64,000 bases of DNA from Camelus ferus (Eukaryota): positions 89,778,001 through 89,842,000 of the forward strand of contig NC_045697.1 of the NCBI RefSeq assembly GCF_009834535.1, written 5' to 3'. The notes under the pieces were generated by a model. That model was not told the DNA's origin. It saw nothing but the letters and a program-made list of their open reading frames with translations, and searched no databases. A program made the position numbers and the translations under genes. Shown in pieces: positions 1-13,258 of this stretch (within the stretch, counting starts at the first letter, position 1; each line of letters opens with the position of its first letter).

Positions 1-200
1 TCAACGTAGATAGAATATCAATCCAGGAAAGATAGAAACATAAGATCTATGAAGAGTCCAGGGTACAGAATGTGGTTGTGTGTGGCCACAGTAGATGAAA
101 TATCAGGAGATGAGGCTGCAAGCACAGGCTGGAGTCAGATAAGAAAGAATCATATATGCCAGGCTAAGGAGATCTATATGGAGAAGCTAAGGACACTTCA
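1..200. mobile_element. LINE-2 fragment
   Basis: L2-like GGAGATGAGGCTG...GTCAGAT...GCCAGGCTAAGGA motifs. Confidence 0.5.
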
Positions 201-252
201 TTTTTAATCAGTCAACAGCTCTTTTTAAAAAATATTATTTCTCTAATGTTAC

Positions 253-439
253 ATAGATCTGGGAAGTTCAGGTTTATGTTAGTGCGGCTTTCCCAAATAT
301 CTCTTCCATTGTCTTTCCATCCTGGCACTGTCCAGACTGTACTACAGAAGGGCTGGAATAGGTATCACATCCCTCCTGCGCCTTCAGTCATCAGAAATGT
401 CTTAATATCACTGAATAGTATATTGAACATTCGCCTTCC
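253..439 (-). pseudogene. Decayed exon, start of vWA domain
   Basis: GRRMFNILFSDIKTFLMTEGAGGM*YLFQ vs VWA3A GSRRLFGTVLESKVCILLDTSGSMGPYLQQ. TTTCAG acceptor, GTAAC donor; one TGA in 62 codons. Confidence 0.6.
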
Positions 440-3400
440 CTGAAACATTCAAAAATCAGAATTTTTTTAAAAAAAGAAACATAGAAATTGTCACTGAAGT
501 TTAATACTTCAATGTTAATAGTTAATAGGTTGTAGGGGGTAAAAACAGATAATACCTTCTTCATTTAGATTTTAGAAGTCAACTCTTGAGTTTTAGGAAC
601 GGAAAAGTTAGCCTTTATTATTTTATCAATATCATTTCAGGCTCTTGGAAAACCTACATATGTCTTTAATTCTCTCCGAAATTTTCTTACTTAGCTGCAA
701 TGAGTGTTGGATTTTTATATTTTAACTATTGCTATATTCCTATCAATTCATTCCTGCTATTTTAAAGTTTACCAAATCTTTTGGGGCTAGATATGGCTAG
801 AGACTTGTAAAATATCTTTACATGTATTGCATTCTTTCAATGTTTTATATTAAGTTATTTTCCTTTAAGTCCGGGCAGGGAGACTGAATTCTGAAATCTG
901 GCATGACATTAACAAGAATACTGAGCTAGTCCCAGTTCCTTAAGTGGCAATATCTCTTCAGCTTAATGGCACCAGACCTAAGTCTTCATGAAGTTCAAAT
1001 GCTGTGTTCATTCTTTGCAAATATGTGCAATTACACAATGGGCTTTGCTTATTTTTAATTAAGTAGAATTTTAAACTGAGTATTTTAAAGAAAAACTGTA
1101 AAATTCAAAGCAAATAAAACTCAGACGTTTTATATATTTGCATTTAGTCATTCACCATGATGGATGACTCATGAGATATTTTAAAATACAAAAAACTGTA
1201 AGCCACACTTGTAAAACATGCAATTTTTGGTTGCTTCTCAGATTACTATTCCCTTTCTATTCATGTGAAGATAACTTGGGGTAATCTAAGAAAGCTTCAA
1301 ATATTGAAATGTATCCATATAACTACTCACTTTTGATAGCTAATTATCATGCTGTCATGCTACAGTAATTGTTGCCCCATCAACCAAAGATGAAGTGAGG
1401 CCTCAACAGCAATGAGCTCTCTATTCATATATATTCTTATGTACATGGATATGTATACATCCATACAGATAAACATACACATCGTATATACATATACAGC
1501 ATATTCAATACATATGTGACAGCCACTATGTACAGATATCAAACAGATTAAAATATCTGTAGACTCCTACGTTTGTTTTTCTGAGACTCTGCTTTTTGTT
1601 TTACAAAGTGTGTTTCTCTCTTATCACTGTAGGCTGATAATATCTGGCACAGGAACTAAAAACAGGAGAGGACTAAGGGAGAAAATCAAATCAGCTGCTG
1701 CCTTCCCTGCATTCTCAGAATTACAACAGCAGCAATGTTCTTTCTGTAAACTAGTGAAGAGACCCGGTTTATAGCCAATAAGCCTATGATGGAGAACCGC
1801 TTTTACCACTGACAAGTTATGTAACCCTGAGAAAAATGCTTACCCTCCTCATCCTCATTTACTATTTGAGAAATAAAGCATTTATGGGAGAGTATATTGG
1901 AAATACTACCCTAGTCACATGTCATGCTGTTTTGATTACTTAAGCTTGGTACTATTTTCTGAGACAACAGCTATCTTATTTTTAAAATTCTTCTTAGTGA
2001 ATCATCATAAGCCAGAAATTTACCTAAAGCTCATGCTCTGTTAGTCACAAAAAATGTTCAGGCTATGAACTGAATGTAAGTGTACAGCTGAAGTCCAGCA
2101 CAACAGGTGGGGTTCCGTTTTCTGCTCCTTGGGAGGCAATGTAATTGTGATTCAAGTGTTCTGGGGGGCCCTGTCTTACTCCACACACTATTCCGTTTAA
2201 CTATCTGGGAAGTGTAGTTGACAGACATTTATTGAGTATTTAAAATAAACAAAGCACTGGCCTGAAGATTGAAATTTTCACAAGACCTACTATTATTCAC
2301 TTGAGTAATTTATAATATTTCTAACAGAAAAATCTATACAGAGCTAGAAAGGGTAGACTTCCATGCATCCATGAATTGAAATTATTTGTTCAGCAAATAT
2401 TTCTTGAGGATCTTCCACATAGCAGGTCCTTGGAAAATAAAAAACTGGAATATGTGACCCTCTCCTCAAGAACATGCTGTTTCACAGGAAAGCTAGCAGG
2501 TAATACAACAAACGCAGAATGGCAGTAAGAGGCATTTTTTAAGGAGTAATTATTTAGGTAAGGATTGGTCCTACAAGATCTCTTTTAATTCCAAGGTACA
2601 TCCCTATTTCACAGTTCTATGCTCTTTAAATTTTCTTATCTGAATTTCAAGTTAGCTTTATGGTAAGCTAATGTACTCCTTCATATAGCTCCCTACATAG
2701 AGAAGAAGTAAACAGAAACAAGACATTACTTTGACTTGCTTTATGTTTTTTACCCCTTCAAGTATGAAGTTCTCTTCCTAGTTTTCAAGTTACAGTCATT
2801 ATTTTTTTCTGATTATAAAAGTAATACATATACAAATATACCTATAAATATTTTAATATATTGAAATATTCAAAATTTTTCATTATAAATACATTGAAAA
2901 ATGAAAACACAGATAAAACAAAAACAGCTATCATCCACACATCCAGTCCCTAGAAACAACTCCTATACATACATTGATATATATCCATTTTAATCACACA
3001 CACACATACACCCACGATCTACTAAATTAGAATGACTGTGTTAACTGGCCTAGATATAAGGTCCAGGAGGGAGGACAGCACTGCATGTTTATAATCTAAA
3101 AATAACATAAAATTTTTGTCCTCCCTCTCTAAACCTGCTTACTGACACCATGTTAAGAAAAGTTACAAAGGGAAAAGTACACATTTTTTCTCTTGCCACC
3201 AAGATGTATGAAAGTTCGGGGTGGGAGGGGGAGCTTCACACTCATCTCTAGAGAATCACGCTACACATAGCACAGTCCTGTTTACCAGGCAGTTGATAAT
3301 TTCATTGGGCCCCCTTTTTTATTGCTAGTTCAGCAGAAATTACATAGATCTGTCAGACATCTTTGGTGAGCAAGTTTACACAAAAATATTTTGCTTTGTG

Positions 3401-3448
3401 ATCTCAAATAAGTATATTGACTTATTTATTAAGCGTATAGACCCTTAC

Positions 3449-4169
3449 CCCTTTTTGGAGAGAGTCTAGGTTTTAACAAAAAGGCTTCAAGTGAACAATG
3501 AAAAACGTATCTCTCTGGTCAACGTCAATGAATAGCAGAGTTTCCAGTAATTTCACAAGACAGGCCTGACCAATGATTGTATCCACTCTTTCAAAAGATT
3601 CATATTGAAATAACAATATTACAAACAGATCTACTGTTGTCATTTGCTGGTGATGCACAAATCTAAAGGAGAAAAACAAATCAATGCTTTGTAAAAATAA
3701 AAGAAACCTCAGCAGTATGCATTTAATCTGAACATTCTGGAGATCAGACAAGTAGGAGAGAAGAAAAAAGAAAATAAAGAATTATTACTGCCCAAATGCT
3801 TTTCCACAACCACAAACAGGCTTTAAGGCATATAGAACCAGGACTTTAATACCTACCAGCCCAAAATACAATAGGGTAGTTTTTCAAGTAAAACATATAA
3901 GGCACATGAAAAGGTACTAATTATTTTTTGTAATGAATCTTTAAGGATATACTTCCAGAAATACAAAACAAATTATAATCCTTACAATATTTTAGAATCA
4001 ACTTTCAGATCAAAATAGACTTTGGAAATCAATCAACTAGAAAGGAATAATCATAATTAACAGGATTAGCATGTTATTATGTATAAGGCTAGAGAAGCCA
4101 ACTTGTTACCTATGAGAGCTACAGTTAGTCTTACCTGATTCAATCAGATTTTTCAGCGCAATCATTGAT
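3449..4169 (-). pseudogene. Two decayed exons (4135-4169 and 3449-3662)
   Basis: Both have pyrimidine-tract AG acceptors and GTAAG donors. Phase-compatible join INDCAEKSD*IR|FVHHQQMTTVDLFVILLF... Confidence 0.5.
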
Positions 4170-5351
4170 CTAAAGACAAGGTTCAATACAGAGGCTTGAA
4201 ATAGGAGATTTACCTTAGAGGAACCTGATCAAAGGAAAGTATTGCATTGAGAACATGTACAAAGCACAAATGCAGGTAATTTAATCCCCAAATCCAGAGT
4301 CCATGGAAATCCAGTAGAGTAAGGAGCAACATATACGAAAGCAAACTACTTTTGGGTATGTGTAAGTAAGTTTATGCTAAATCATGGAACACCTAAGAAA
4401 ATTCAGAGTTGTTCTGAAAGTCCACATTTTGCCATCAGGGATGGAATAAATTAAGGTCCTCAAAAGAGCTATTTGCAAAGTCAGGATGAAACAATATCAT
4501 AGGAAAAGGAACACAAAACCAAACATATAACCAAGGGGCTAACAAGTGCTGAGTTGCCTATTAATGTTGAGGGATTAAGGATTAACCATTCTATACCTTA
4601 TTTATTTGTATATGTGCCTAAACCAACTGTTAAATACACATATACACATACACACACACTGTGTTATTTTTTTTTATCTCAATTCATTTTCAAATCAAGG
4701 TTTTTTTAAAGAGATAGGTTGATATTGCTAAATACACATGTATAAATTATGGTTGTTAAATGGTTAGATGACCTAATATTTTTAAATGCCTTCACAAATT
4801 AAAATTAATCATGTATCCACACTAAAAATGAACTGAATATACATTTATATACCTGGGCATCAGTAGTTTCTACATTTAAAAAAATACACAAGGTGCATTT
4901 TTGTCCTTAGACTTCATCCAGACAAGTTCTTGTTGAAAGATTTCCAAGGTACTAACCTTCTCTCTTACTACCTCTAATCTCCAACTCTTCTCAGACATGT
5001 TTCTCAAATGCCTAAAATTTACCATCAAGCATCCAGAAATGGACACACTACAGTGAACTGACCTCACCATCATTCTTCAGATACCATCCTGATATATTTC
5101 CCAACTATTCTACTAGGGGAGGAGAAGCAGTCGCAACACATATAACTTTCAATCCTAAACTAGTTAGTTAGTAACTTTGTTTCAAAAGGCTTTTCAGAAA
5201 GTCCACAACTGGTCATATATTACCTAAATTACTCCTCTTAAATATGGGTTTTAAATTGCAACAGAATCTTACACAATAAAATGTCAGAAAAATAAACTGA
5301 AAAAAGCAAGAAACACAGTGCACTGTTTGGAGATGTTAATACACTTATGTG

Positions 5352-5669
5352 CCTTTATCTCTGACTATGACATTATCCAGAAGCATCAAGGATTATACAG
5401 ATTGCCAACTTTTTAGATGCTATGCCCTAGTGCAAAGGAAATGCATTTTCCATACAAAACCACTACATTCAGATACAGTGAGCCACATTTCCAGATACCC
5501 TTTAACAGCCCTCCACTTTGGCTTCGCATTAAAACAAAATTTACTTAGAGGCCCCACAAATAATAGCTCTCCAGTGTCCAATTATTGCTTCACAATTCAA
5601 GGAAACATCTACTTATGGAAAGGCACTAGGCCAATCCCAAGTTCAAGTAATAGCTTTGAAAATTCAGTT
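5352..5669 (-). pseudogene. Decayed exon, DUF4537-like
   Basis: Protein-like frame with 5 stops: KLLLELGIGL...LDTGELLFVGPLSKFCFN (cf. CDENGFYFPGVVKKC). Confidence 0.45.
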
Positions 5670-6149
5670 CTATATTTTGTAAGTTTTCCCATAAAAACAT
5701 TCAGCAGGACAGTATATATGGGTTAAAAAGTTGCACTGTTGTGTGCAAAAAAAACCCATAAGCCAGGACAGCATGTTATACACCTAAAACTCAATGACTT
5801 AATGTCAGTACTTTTACTACATATGTGTTTATATATATATTTATATGTATATAAATAACCATAACTAATTGATAATGAGTTCTTGGGAGATGTATTAAAA
5901 TGAACCTATGGACCTGACTTTTAGTCCCTGACAAATGAAGAAGTAGCTTGGGCTGCTGCCTCCCTCCTTAAAAATTAATCATAGAGAAATGTAAATAACT
6001 CAAAAGCATGAAGGTGTCATGTATTTAAGGAATAAATATAACTATGAGAATCCATCCAAAAACAAAAGCTGAATTTTGAATTTAAGAGGGATAAATGCAG
6101 TCATTCAGCAGCATTATCCAAAAATAATGTGAAAGAAGAAATAAATATA

Positions 6150-8900
6150 CAATCATAGGCATTTAATAAACCACTCATCAAATGGTAGAATAAGCAGGCA
6201 ATAAGTCAGTAAGTAATAGAATATTTAAATAACATGATTAATATATTTGACCTAGTTGACAGAAGACTCAATAAATGAAAAGTAAATGCTCTTTTCAAAA
6301 GCATATAGATATAACATATATTTCAGTACATGCTGTTATAATGCAAATCTCAAAAAAATCATACTTAAATCACACAGGATATACTCTCCAAACACCATGA
6401 AGTTCAACTACAAAGCAACAAAGAAAAATCACAAAATCCCACACATTTGGAAATTAAGCAACACATGTTTTAAAGTGGAAGCTTAGATTATTGATCTGAG
6501 GTCTTGCTCTGTTTTAACTGCATCCTGCACACTTTGACACATTAAATTTTCATTTAGCTCAATATATATATTTTTGTTTATTTCCCTTGAGGCTTCCCCT
6601 TTGGTCTATATGTTATTTAGAAGTATGCTTTTTTAATCTCCAAATATCCAGGAATTTTTCAGATGTATTTCTGTTACTGATTTCTAATTATATTTAATTA
6701 CCAGCTATAAACGTATATTTGAATCTTTTCATTCTTTTATATTTGATTTGTTTACAGCCAAGAATACTATCTATATTGATGAAAATTCTATATGCACTTG
6801 AGAATAGCATGTTTTCTGTTTTGTTGGGTTTGTAGTGTTTTATAAATATTAATTCCATCAATTGATTGTGTTTTTCAAGTCCTCTATATGCTTACCAATT
6901 TTCTATATACTTGTTTAAACAATTAATGACAGTGGAATGCTGAAGTCTCTAAGTGTAACTGTAAATTTGTCATTTTTTTCAGATTTCTCTTTTCTTTTTA
7001 ATATATTCCAAAGCTCTGTTTTTAAGTGCAAATACATAAGGCTGTCATGTCTTCTTAGAAAATTGACCCCTTTACCATTGTGACACTATCCCTGACAATA
7101 TTCTTTGCTCTGAAGTCTATTTTACCTAATATTAATAATAGGTAGTCCAGTTTGTTTTGGCTAGGGTTTACATGGTACAATCTTTTGCTACCCTTTTGAC
7201 TTTTATCCTAACTATATCTTTACATTTGAAGATGATTTCTTACAGATGTATGTCTAAGCTCTTCTAATTTTAAAGACAGTCTCACAATCTCTGTTTTTTA
7301 AAAGGTATGTTTAGGCCATTAACATTTAATATCATTATTGACATAATTGGTTAAAATCTTGATAATTTTCTATTTGTTCCATCTGTTCTTTTTTTCCTCT
7401 TTTTTTTTCTGTTTTCCTTTTGGATTAAGTGAACAATAGTTATGATTCCAGTTTCTCACCTCTATCGACTTATTCTGTTTAAGAAAATTTATTTACAAAC
7501 TTAGGCCTTACAATATACATATTTAATTAATCAGAGTCTGCTTTTAAATAACATTTATACAGCTTCACAAGTAGTGTAAGGACCTAAATAAATTTTAAAC
7601 ATTTCTTACAGAGTATGCCTCTAGCAGGAAATTCCATCAGTATCTTTCTGAAAATGTCTCCCCCATCCCCATTGCTGAAAGCTATTCTCCCTGGGTACAG
7701 AATTCTGAGTTAATGGTATACATAGATACATTTTTGTTTGTTTGTTTCAGCACTTTATAAATGTCACTTCATTGCCTTCTAGCTTATAGGTTCTCTGGGA
7801 AAAAGAAAGTCATGGATTTTAAATAAGACATGGATCAATGGGCCAACAACTGAGTATTTAGTTGATGATGTATGAAAACTGGCTCACTATATGGAGAAAA
7901 TAAAACTGAATTTCTATCCCATTGCATATAAAAAAGGTACACCCCAAAGAATCACAGATCTATTGTAAAAATTAAATCTATAAAATTAATAGAGGTTAAC
8001 AAAAAGTTACAGAGGTGAAAAAAAGCTCATGGGTTCGAGTATCTAATAGAAGCTTTGTGTCAGCAAAACTACACGATGGACAAAGTTAGTAGACCAGTTA
8101 TTTATTATCCACAGAAACCATCTACAGTGTTTAAACCAACAAAGGACCAACATCTAGAATATACAAAGAACTCCTGCTAACCCACAGTAAAAATACAAGC
8201 CAATATAAGAAAAATATGGGCAAAGGATGTGAAGAGTCATTTCACCGGAAAGAAGACTCAAAAGATGGCCACTAAGACAAAGATTAATTTGCACTACTAA
8301 GCTGAAAAATACTAGAAAACTAGATAATGTAAGTGTTGCTGGGAAGTGGAGATAATACAAATCTCATGAAATGCTTGTGAGAGTTCATGTCCCACAATAA
8401 TGTACCCCATTTCAAAGAGTCATGTAACAGTTTTAAGTTAAATTCAATATAGGTATATGCTATGATCTAGATAAAGTTATATCCTGAATATATGTCCCAG
8501 AGCAATTCTTGCACAAATATGAGAAAAAATATACACATGAATGTTCCTCTCTGTCACTTTTAGTAGAAGTTGAATGCAATCCAGGTGTTTATCACTGGGA
8601 AGAGTGGACAATAAAATGTGATACATGATGTAATACTGTGCAGCAGTTAAAAAACTAGATCAAAACACGGATCTATGAACAGGTCTTAAAAAAAAATGTG
8701 CTGGGTGGAAAAGAAATAGAATGAGTTTACAACAACAGCGATTATGTAAATTAAATGTATATGCACATAAAACAACACACAAGCAAATAAATTATGCATA
8801 TCAAGTATACTAGACCTATTACTTACCGTGGGAAAGGAATATAAGTTTAGGGGTTAAAGAGAAGGCAGGAAGGATAAAACAAAGAAAGGATGGGCTGAAG
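6150..8900. mobile_element. Cluster of old L1 fragments: + strand ORF2 endonuclease piece (about 6150-6475), - strand ORF2 (about 6476-7800), + strand 3' part (about 7800-8900)
   Basis: L1-type motifs (ATTTGGAAATTAAG; HRIYSPNTMK..IPHIWKLSNT) and A-rich to T-rich strand switches. Confidence 0.75.
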
Positions 8901-9806
8901 GAAGGGGGAAACGAGGGAGGGCCTTGCATGATCTCTAATATCAGTGTCTTAAGAACTTGGAACTATAATTAATCAAACACTCTATAACAAATCCAAAATA
9001 AATTAACAGATGCATTCAATGCTATTCATTTAAGTAGGTATACAGATACGTAAGAGTTAGATCAATACATGTACTGGCAGGTAGGTAGGTGGATTAGAGA
9101 GAGGAGGGAGAAGTGGCTGGTTAGAGAGTAGACATGATAGATACAGAAATACAGGTAGGTAAAAAGGAGATAAAACATTCCTTGAAATTAAGTGCTCTAA
9201 TTAAAGGCAGAATAGTAAAACTTGATGAATTATGATATTTCTAAAATGTAAAATTTGAAATATATATTCATTTAGAACACTATGGGCTAATTTCTTCTCC
9301 AAAGGCCTAAGAATGTGTTATTGCAGTAGGAAGGCGAATTTTCTCCTTTAGAGCATTCCCATATTCTACCCTATATTTTACAAACTGCTGAACAGTTTTT
9401 ACCTACAGATTGCAAGTATAAACTCCTCCTGGGACAAATACCAGTAGTTTTGAAAAGCCTGACAGTGTACTCAGTAACTGTATATCCATTTGTGTTGTCT
9501 CATTTGACCCTTCCAATAGCCCGCTGAAATAGAAAAGCTGAATTTTTTTATTACGAATATACTGTTTATAATCAATTTACATATAAAGATAAGATTATTG
9601 TGGTATTTGTAAGAAATGACTACTGTACTATATTGCCTTTACCATTCTTTCCCTTTGCCGTGTTATGCAGATAAACAATTATCAAATAAAAGCATTATCA
9701 AGACCTTACAAAGTTATAAAATTTCATCATATGTGAATGTAGTATTTATCATATGGATGATATAGAGAATTCAAATTTACAAACAAAATTCCTTTCTTCC
9801 TAATAC

Positions 9807-9926
9807 CAGAGACCCAAGTTTAACCAAAAATGTTGTTGGAGTATCCTGGTAAAATTGCTTTAACAATGGCTGTTCCAATTAATTCTACTTGTATTTTCTT
9901 TCAATGCGTTTTGTTTCTGTCTTTTC
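9807..9926 (-). pseudogene. Decayed exon
   Basis: AG/GT bounded, 120 nt: EKTETKRIERKYK*N*LEQPLLKQFYQDTPTTFLVKLGSL. Confidence 0.45.
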
Positions 9927-10172
9927 CTGTGTCAAACAAAACAGAATGATCCAATTTGAGCTGCATGCCTGTTTAGCTAAATGAGATTATTCAGTGGTCT
10001 AGTTAATCTTGAGCCATTGCAAGGCCTCAAATAGAATGAGGTAATATATTCTATCCCCACTAGCTCAGCGCTTTTTATTTTTATTTTTTTTCTAAAGAAG
10101 AAAGGTTTATGTTGTGGGAGAGGCAGAAGGTCTTAGATCATAACCACTGAAGTGCCAGGATAATAGGGGAGA

Positions 10173-10433
10173 CTAGCCCGTCTGTACGTGTGAATGTGAA
10201 ATCCTATCTGTGCAGGTCACTGCCAGCATTGAAGGAGACCGAGGCATGGAGCTTGCATAGGAACTTCCACTTTTTACTTCATCCAAGTGAGGAAAAAAGG
10301 GGTAACCTTTAGGACCAATGCTCACATGAAATCTTTGGTATTTTACTAATCTTTCCACTGTGCACATGCACTCTCCCTGACCAGCCAACAGGCTTTCAAT
10401 GGTCATGTCATCTCCCTTCAAATCTCTTACGAA
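10173..10433 (-). pseudogene. Decayed exon, WL..HGL repeat
   Basis: Open frame FVRDLKGDDMTIESLLAGQG vs VWA3B LHGLKSNKLTLKQILSQIG. TCTTTAACAG acceptor; downstream exon end uncertain. Confidence 0.55.
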
Positions 10434-11347
10434 CTGTTAAAGATACAGCCAGCATCCTGTCTCCTATCATCCTCCCACCCCCCTTCTCATACCTTTATTC
10501 TTGATGAAAGCTACTTTCAGGCTCTCCCTAGTCAAGGGACAGTGCTTTCAGGGAAAATACATTGCACTATATGTGCATTTGATCAAAAACATTTGAAATG
10601 TGTACAAAAGCAGCCAAGTCAGAAAAAGAAAGGACAGCTGCATAAAGATGTCATAGCTATAAAAGAGCTAGTTGTAAAAAGCCTCAGCTAGCTGGCTAAG
10701 TTAAGCAAAGCACAATGTGGCTGTCCTGTCATCTTTCCCATTCCTTTTTCTATCTATGCATATAAAACGCATTCATTAGTGTTGCATTGTTGTCCTAAGT
10801 TCTAATTTTACTTCATTTTCCTGACAATTCTGCTTTCGTGTCTTGCCAATTTAGAGGGGAAACAAAAGACTCATTTTTATAGATTTCTTTCACTTTTCAA
10901 AATATTTTACCTACTCTTCTTCCAACAGTGTGCATTTTCAGTATAAAAAATATAGAAAAGTACACGTTATGTACCTTAAGACACTATTCTTTCTCAAAGA
11001 ATTTATTATTTTTAAATGGGAAATCCAAAGATACTCAGCAACTGCTTTGAATAACTTAACAGCAGACTTAAGCCATAAATTAGGTATAAGCCCAAAGCAG
11101 CACTGATTGCTCAATACTCCCTAGAATTAAAACAAGCAAACAAAACAAAACACTAACAGCTTAGCTAATATGTCCATGAATGCCTTAAGGTCACGTCAGG
11201 TTGCCTACCTATATGTTCTCATTGTTGACACACTCATGAGAATAGCACTGAGCTATGTAGTGTGCCAATGCCAAGGCAACAAGGGACCACAAAAATCTGG
11301 GTACAATATCAGTGATTAAATACACTAAAATACAAGAAGGTAAATAC

Positions 11348-11580
11348 CAGAATGCAAGGCAAGATGTGGCATAAGGTGAAGCACACACGCATCACAACAA
11401 AACAATGCCCGGGCAAACCACCCACGTTAGGAAACCAAAGCACAAAAGCAGCTACAAGGGAATGACGAGTTCCATCAGTGAGGTCTCTCAATCTCAGTTA
11501 TTGTTGGACTCGTCTACCTCCTGATGAAAAACGATTCTGAATGACTGTGGCCTCAAGCCTCTGAGAATGAAGGTAGAGGG
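11348..11580 (-). pseudogene. Decayed exon, start of vWA module
   Basis: LYLHSQRLEAT...QQ*LRLRDLTDGTRHSL vs VWA3B WYSERIHTAL...RRIKWLQDGSQSL. CTCTTATCAG acceptor; a single stop in about 77 codons. Confidence 0.55.
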
Positions 11581-12494
11581 CTGATAAGAGAATGCATTTG
11601 GAAAGGACTCTAGAGGGTCTTTTCTTAAAAGGAAAATTAATATTGATCTCCAATATTGTAATAGAGATACCAGAATGTACAATAGCTTTGTTAACACTCA
11701 AAGATAAAGGAATATTTTGTATAAAATCTGGGAATAAAACAAGTATGTACCCAAGATTACCTATCTACCTACCAATCCACTGATTTCTTTGTCATCTATC
11801 TATAAAATGCTAATTCAAAGGATTTTGTGAGATCAGTAAATTTATCTCAAGAACACAAAACTACGATTATTTTATTTTGTTATTCATATCATAGCTCATG
11901 TAACAGTTAAGAGACATGATGATGTGAGAATACATAATAGTTTTTAATCTCCCAATTATATTCATGAAGATTTGATAGTGTCTCTAGAAAATCAAATGGT
12001 ATTCAAATGTGTAATAATTTTATGTCATTCTCATTATAGTTTTTAGTGTATATAAAACAATTGTATATAAAATGTTTTAATGTGATGTATATAATGTAAC
12101 CAAGCACACTATGGAAATACATTAATATAAATGTTTGCACTGTTCATCTACAAATATTAAACCTTTGAATCAACACTCAGGAATCACTGGTATTTTCTTT
12201 TTTATTCAAATTTTATACATACTTTCATTCTGCTTTTAGAGAATATAATATAAATTAGCCCTATTTTTATTTTATTATTAAATATTAGAACAGTTGGGCA
12301 GTTGGCTAATTACTATAAATACAAAAATTTTTGTTTCTAATAGCATTATGTTAATCCATTTATTTTTTACAACTGAGAAGAAATAAAAATGAAAAAGTAC
12401 TTGGATTATGTAAATTATTAAAGGAATTAGGGTTTTTGATTAATCATTTATAAACTGAAACGAATTTTTTAAAAATATTTAAGACCACAGTTAC

Positions 12495-12689
12495 CTTCTC
12501 TCCCATTTGAGTAAGGACAGTCCAGTAAGGCCTTTGGAGTTCTGTGAACTTGCAGTGCCTCAGGGTTATCTTTTGTCTCATTTTACAGTCTTATTTAAAA
12601 TAGTACAAGTTTCAGTTCATGTTGACCAATAAATCTCTGCCATACAGGTTTACCTTCCCAAAACTGCATCTCTCTCATAAAGAGAATGT
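12495..12689 (-). pseudogene. Decayed exon, linker plus repeat
   Basis: CAG/GTAAC bounded. DILFMREMQ...QRFIGQHELKLVL vs DLTLLVKEME and QEWVAKYGLKKLKL. Confidence 0.5.
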
Positions 12690-12881
12690 CTGTGGCTGGA
12701 CACATACTTACTAATGTATGCATAATCATCTTTATCCACATTTAGAGATAATTCATATCCTGGTTAGGTGGTTTCTAGATAATAAATGATTTACACTTGT
12801 ACATCTTTTAATTGTACATTGTATATCATAATCTCCTACATACTATATAGAAATACCATCTGTTTTTTTCCTAATTATGTA

Positions 12882-13258
12882 CAGGTATACCTTGGAGATG
12901 TCATGGGTTCAGTTCCAGACCATGACAATAAAGTGATACTGCAATAAAGTTAAGTCACGTAATTTTTTTAGTTTCCTAGTGCATATAAAAGCTGTATTTA
13001 TAATATATAGTTAATTAAGTGTGCAATGGCATTGTATCTAAAAAAGCAATGTATAAGTAATTAAAAATACTTCATTGCTAAAGAATGCTAACCATCATCT
13101 GAGACTTCAGTGGGTCCTAATCTTTTTGCTAATGGAGGGTCTTGCCTCCATGTTGATGACTGCTGATGGATCAGGGTGGTGGTTGCTGAAGGTTGGAGTG
13201 TCTGTGGCAATTTCTTAAAATAAGACAGCAGTGAAGTTTTCTGCACTGATTGATCTCT
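12882..13258. mobile_element. Tigger1 DNA transposon end fragment
   Basis: TA|CAGGTATACCTTGGAGATGTCATGGGTTCAGTTCCAGACC matches the Tigger1 terminus. Confidence 0.85.
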
